This document shows, one piece after another, positions 39,553-42,379 of a DNA stretch of 42,379 nucleotides (positions are counted from its first letter, which is position 1; each line of letters begins with the position of its first letter). Source of the DNA: Candidatus Aenigmatarchaeota archaeon (GTDB lineage: Archaea; Aenigmatarchaeota; Aenigmatarchaeia; CG10238-14; SpSt-28); the NCBI GenBank assembly GCA_039000985.1, contig JAWBMD010000007.1, positions 1 through 42,379 on the forward strand, read 5' to 3'. A model generated the notes under the pieces. The model ran no database searches and was not told the DNA's origin. It saw only the letters and a program-made list of their open reading frames with translations. The position numbers were made by a program, and so were the translations under genes.

Positions 39553-39899
39553 AAGGAATAGATATTGCTTTGGAAATTGCTGAAAGAAAAAGAAAGCTTT
39601 TTAAAAATTATAAAGAAATTGCAAGAAAAATAAAGGAATCAGCAAAAAAAGTTTTAAAAGATGATGAAGCTAGAGTAATAATTTTTGGAAGTGTTATAAA
39701 GGGTAAGCAAACTCCTTTGAGCGATTTAGATATTTTAATCATAACTGAAAAAGCAAACAAAATAGATTATGGAAAAACTGTTACAGAAATTAAGGAAAGA
39801 GTAAAGAAAGATTTAATTGGAGTAGAGTTTCATATTGTTACAAAAGAAGTTTTTGAAAATTGGTATAAAAGATTTTTAGATAAATATGAAGAAGTATAA
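39549..39899 (+). CDS. Minimal nucleotidyltransferase (MNT)
   Basis: IFGSV...SDLDILI, EFHIVT; ATGA-coupled to HEPN. Confidence 0.9.
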   Translation: MKGIDIALEIAERKRKLFKNYKEIARKIKESAKKVLKDDEARVIIFGSVIKGKQTPLSDLDILIITEKANKIDYGKTVTEIKERVKKDLIGVEFHIVTKEVFENWYKRFLDKYEEV

Positions 39900-40417
39900 A
39901 GTAACAGCAGTTTTAAGTTCATCTTTAGAAGAAAGTTTGGCTAGAGTTACTGGTGCATTAGAAAGAGTACCAAATTCAGATATTTTAATTTTAAGTGGTA
40001 AGGATATTTCAGAAAAAATGGCAGAATATGCAAAAAAAATTGGGATATGAGAAAAAAATATTGTTAGATGATTATGCAACAAGTACTTATGAAAATGCTA
40101 AAAATATAAAGAATATAATTAAATCAGATCTAAAAAACAATATTAGCAAGCTATATATTGTTACTTCTAGTTATCATGTACCAAGCGTTACTTTAATTTT
40201 TAATAAGGCTTTTAAGAATGAACCTTACAAATTTAAAATAATTGGCACTCATTCCTCATATTCTTCAAAAAATTTGTTAAAAAGTGTAGTAATAGAAGTT
40301 TTGAGCATTTTTCAAGATATTCCATCTGTTTATTTGTGCAAAGTATTGGAAAGAGAAGATATTTATGATAAAACGCTTAGAAAAATCAAAAACATTTTTG
40401 TAAAAATATTAAATTAA
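39886..40417 (+). pseudogene. YdcF/DUF218 (ElyC/SanA-like) protein, frameshifted in an A8 run (40032-40039)
   Basis: ATG 39886 MKKYKVTAVL...LILSGKDISEKMAEYAKK, joined by one fewer A to LGYEKKILLDDYATSTYENA...IVTSSYH. Confidence 0.8.
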
Positions 40418-40840
40418 AATACCAGATTCGATTATTAGCATATCCATAATCATATGAATAGTAAAACCAGCAAGTAATAATCCCAACATATCTTCGAATT
40501 CCCTTTGCTTTTCTATTGGTATTGAAATATTAAAAATTTTCAAACTTCTTTTTTTACTACTTTTACTATAAAGTAGATAAATAAAAATAAATAAGCACTG
40601 CAAAATAATCCAAATAGATTGTGTAATAGTATCTCTTTCTAATGAAAACCATGCTTTAGAATGTAAAACAATAAAAGGATTTATAGATAGTGTTATAAAA
40701 GATGCATAAATAAATCCAATAGCATCTGGTAAAAAATTACCTATAAATATTGCAATGGAATAATCTTTTCTTTTAAAAAACTTATATGCAAGAAAAAAAG
40801 AAATTATTGCAGCAGTTAAATGATGAATAATTCCTCCCAT
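40409..40840 (-). CDS. Membrane protein resembling YdjM-type metal-dependent hydrolases
   Basis: Start MGGIIHHL, LPD, HMIMD, several TMs. Confidence 0.6.
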   Translation of the reverse strand: MGGIIHHLTAAIISFFLAYKFFKRKDYSIAIFIGNFLPDAIGFIYASFITLSINPFIVLHSKAWFSLERDTITQSIWIILQCLFIFIYLLYSKSSKKRSLKIFNISIPIEKQREFEDMLGLLLAGFTIHMIMDMLIIESGILI

Positions 40841-40868
40841 ATTTACATTAATATTTAAACTATTTATT

Positions 40869-41414
40869 ATGAAGAAAAAAATTTTGCTAAAAATAGCTAG
40901 GAAAGCAATAGAAGAATATGTTACTAAAGGAAAAATGATTGATATTCCAAAATCTATTTTGGAAAAATTTAATGAAAATAAAGGCGTTTTTGTAAGCATT
41001 TATAAAAATAATGAATTACGTGGCTGCATAGGATTTCCTTATCCAGAAAAACCTTTGGCTAAAGCTTTGGTTGAATCTGCAATATTAGCTACTAGAGATC
41101 CTAGATTTGACCCATTAAGTAAAGAGGAATTAAATGAAATTTCTATAGAAGTTTCAATATTAACTAATCCAGAAAAGTTAAATTTTAAAAATTATAAGGA
41201 TATTTTAAATAGCTTAGAGACTTTTAAAGATGGTGTAATAATTAAAAAAGGTTTTAATTCAGCATTGTTTTTACCTCAAGTTTGGAATATATTAAAAGAA
41301 AAAGAAGATTTTCTTTCTCAGCTTTGTTTAAAAGCTGGTTTATCTCCTTTTGAATGGATTAATGGAGATATAGAAATTTATAAGTTTAGTGCTGAAATAT
41401 TGAGTGAAAAATAG
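40869..41414 (+). CDS. AMMECR1-domain protein
   Basis: GVFVS, LRGCIG, DPRF, EVSIL, FLPQV, LCLKAG. Confidence 0.93.
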   Translation: MKKKILLKIARKAIEEYVTKGKMIDIPKSILEKFNENKGVFVSIYKNNELRGCIGFPYPEKPLAKALVESAILATRDPRFDPLSKEELNEISIEVSILTNPEKLNFKNYKDILNSLETFKDGVIIKKGFNSALFLPQVWNILKEKEDFLSQLCLKAGLSPFEWINGDIEIYKFSAEILSEK

Positions 41415-41443
41415 AATAAATATTTTTTCCCCAAAACTTTTTT

Positions 41444-42379
41444 ATGGGAAAATATTTAATTTTAATTTTAGCTTTACTGTTTCAAATTTCATTAGCTGAA
41501 GAAACCATATTAGGAATTTCTCCAGGTTTAATAGATTTGCAAACAGTTGAAAGGGGAGAAGAGAAATTACTAACATTTAGTGTTATTTCCATAACTCATT
41601 CAAAAATTTTAGTTAGCTTAAGCTCAAATAATGGAAATATAAATTATTTTTCTGCAAAATATCCAGATAGGGTTCAAAATTTTTCTGAGGAAGAGACAAA
41701 AGATTGGGTAAAAATAATTAATAATCCAGCAGAATTAGAGCCAATAAGTGAGGAAATTAGATTGAAAAGAGGGTTAGTAAAAGGAGCCAGAGAAATTAAT
41801 TTTATTTTAAAGGTACCAGAAAATGCTGAACCAGGTTATCATTTAGTTAAAGTACTTCCAATTCCAGTTAGAAGAACTTCTCCAGAAATTGCTAGTGGAA
41901 TAGGAATCGATGTTGTAACAACAGCTGAGTTAAGTGTTGTATTTTTTATTCCTGGTGAAGCAATTAGGAATGGGAAAGTTGTTGATGTTATATTTAACAA
42001 TTATAATGGGAGATATTTGAATGGAAAAGTTTTATTTAAAAATTTGGGAACTGTAACAATTAAAGCAAAATTGGATTATGTAAAAATTTTTTATAATGGT
42101 ACAGAAATTGCTAATGCTACTGGTACAGAAAGTTTTTTTAAACCAAATCAAATGGGCTATTTAAACTTTGGTATAGATGCCTCTAATTTAAATGAAGATA
42201 AAGAGTATGATGTAATTGCTAAAGTAAGTTTTAGTACTGGTAGTGATGAAATATTTGTTAAGTCAAAAATTCCAAGAAGGGAAAAATTAACAGGATTAGC
42301 AGTTAAAGTTGGAATTAATTATTTATATTTACTATTTTTCATATTTGCTTTAATAATTTCTTTCATAATTTACAAAAAA
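41444..42379 (+). CDS. Surface protein with signal peptide, Ig-like domains and C-terminal TM; runs off the window, absent from the ORF track
   Basis: Open frame MGKYLILILALLFQISLAEETILGISPG...VPENAEPGYH...FKNLGTV...YLLFFIFALIISFIIYKK. Confidence 0.8.
   Translation, partial: MGKYLILILALLFQISLAEETILGISPGLIDLQTVERGEEKLLTFSVISITHSKILVSLSSNNGNINYFSAKYPDRVQNFSEEETKDWVKIINNPAELEPISEEIRLKRGLVKGAREINFILKVPENAEPGYHLVKVLPIPVRRTSPEIASGIGIDVVTTAELSVVFFIPGEAIRNGKVVDVIFNNYNGRYLNGKVLFKNLGTVTIKAKLDYVKIFYNGTEIANATGTESFFKPNQMGYLNFGIDASNLNEDKEYDVIAKVSFSTGSDEIFVKSKIPRREKLTGLAVKVGINYLYLLFFIFALIISFIIYKK

Noticed and set aside
1138..40082. Short antisense or overlapping ORFs in the track (e.g. 1138, 4380, 5829, 11142, 13286, 13613, 14339, 17620, 19037, 21279, 26968, 27588, 31175, 32064, 34240, 34359, 36680, 38339, 39876)
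   Set aside because: They shadow well-supported genes on the opposite strand and have no recognisable motifs.
40841..40999. N-terminal extension of ORF 40409..40999
   Set aside because: It is antisense to the AMMECR1 gene; ATG 40840 is the more plausible start.
41424..41452. Inverted repeat ttttccc...gggaaaa over a start codon
   Set aside because: A 7-bp low-complexity stem is expected by chance in sequence this AT-rich.
1..42379. CRISPR array, transposase, integrase or rRNA
   Set aside because: No regularly spaced repeats, recombinase motifs or long GC-rich RNA segments were seen.

Overview
Very AT-rich, gene-dense archaeal chromosome segment. Archaeal ribosomal proteins, aRF1, aEF-2, RadA, NurA, CDC48, a form III RuBisCO, class III pilins and many Cys-rich surface proteins point to a streamlined DPANN-type archaeon (Aenigmarchaeota-like; this is inference). 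Bases 1-18100 are an accessory/metabolic block: a duplicated thioredoxin/GILT-like gene, long HtpX, HEPN-MNT, R15P isomerase plus RuBisCO, a pilin-like/M28 peptidase fusion, LutB/Trx-CcdA/CCG oxidoreductase, P-type ATPase, MFS transporter and several broken genes. Bases 18100-38650 are mostly core information-processing genes, with three tRNAs (Leu-GAG, Pro-TGG, intron-containing Glu-TTC) and three inteins (aRF1, aEF-2, CDC48). The most striking observation is an aRF1 whose GGQ catalytic motif reads GGM, with a 133-aa mini-intein inserted immediately after it. Also notable are a perfect 99-bp nucleotide repeat between the two AAA domains of CDC48 beside its intein and a pilin-like protease fusion. 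All calls come from reading the sequence and motifs; no database searches were run.
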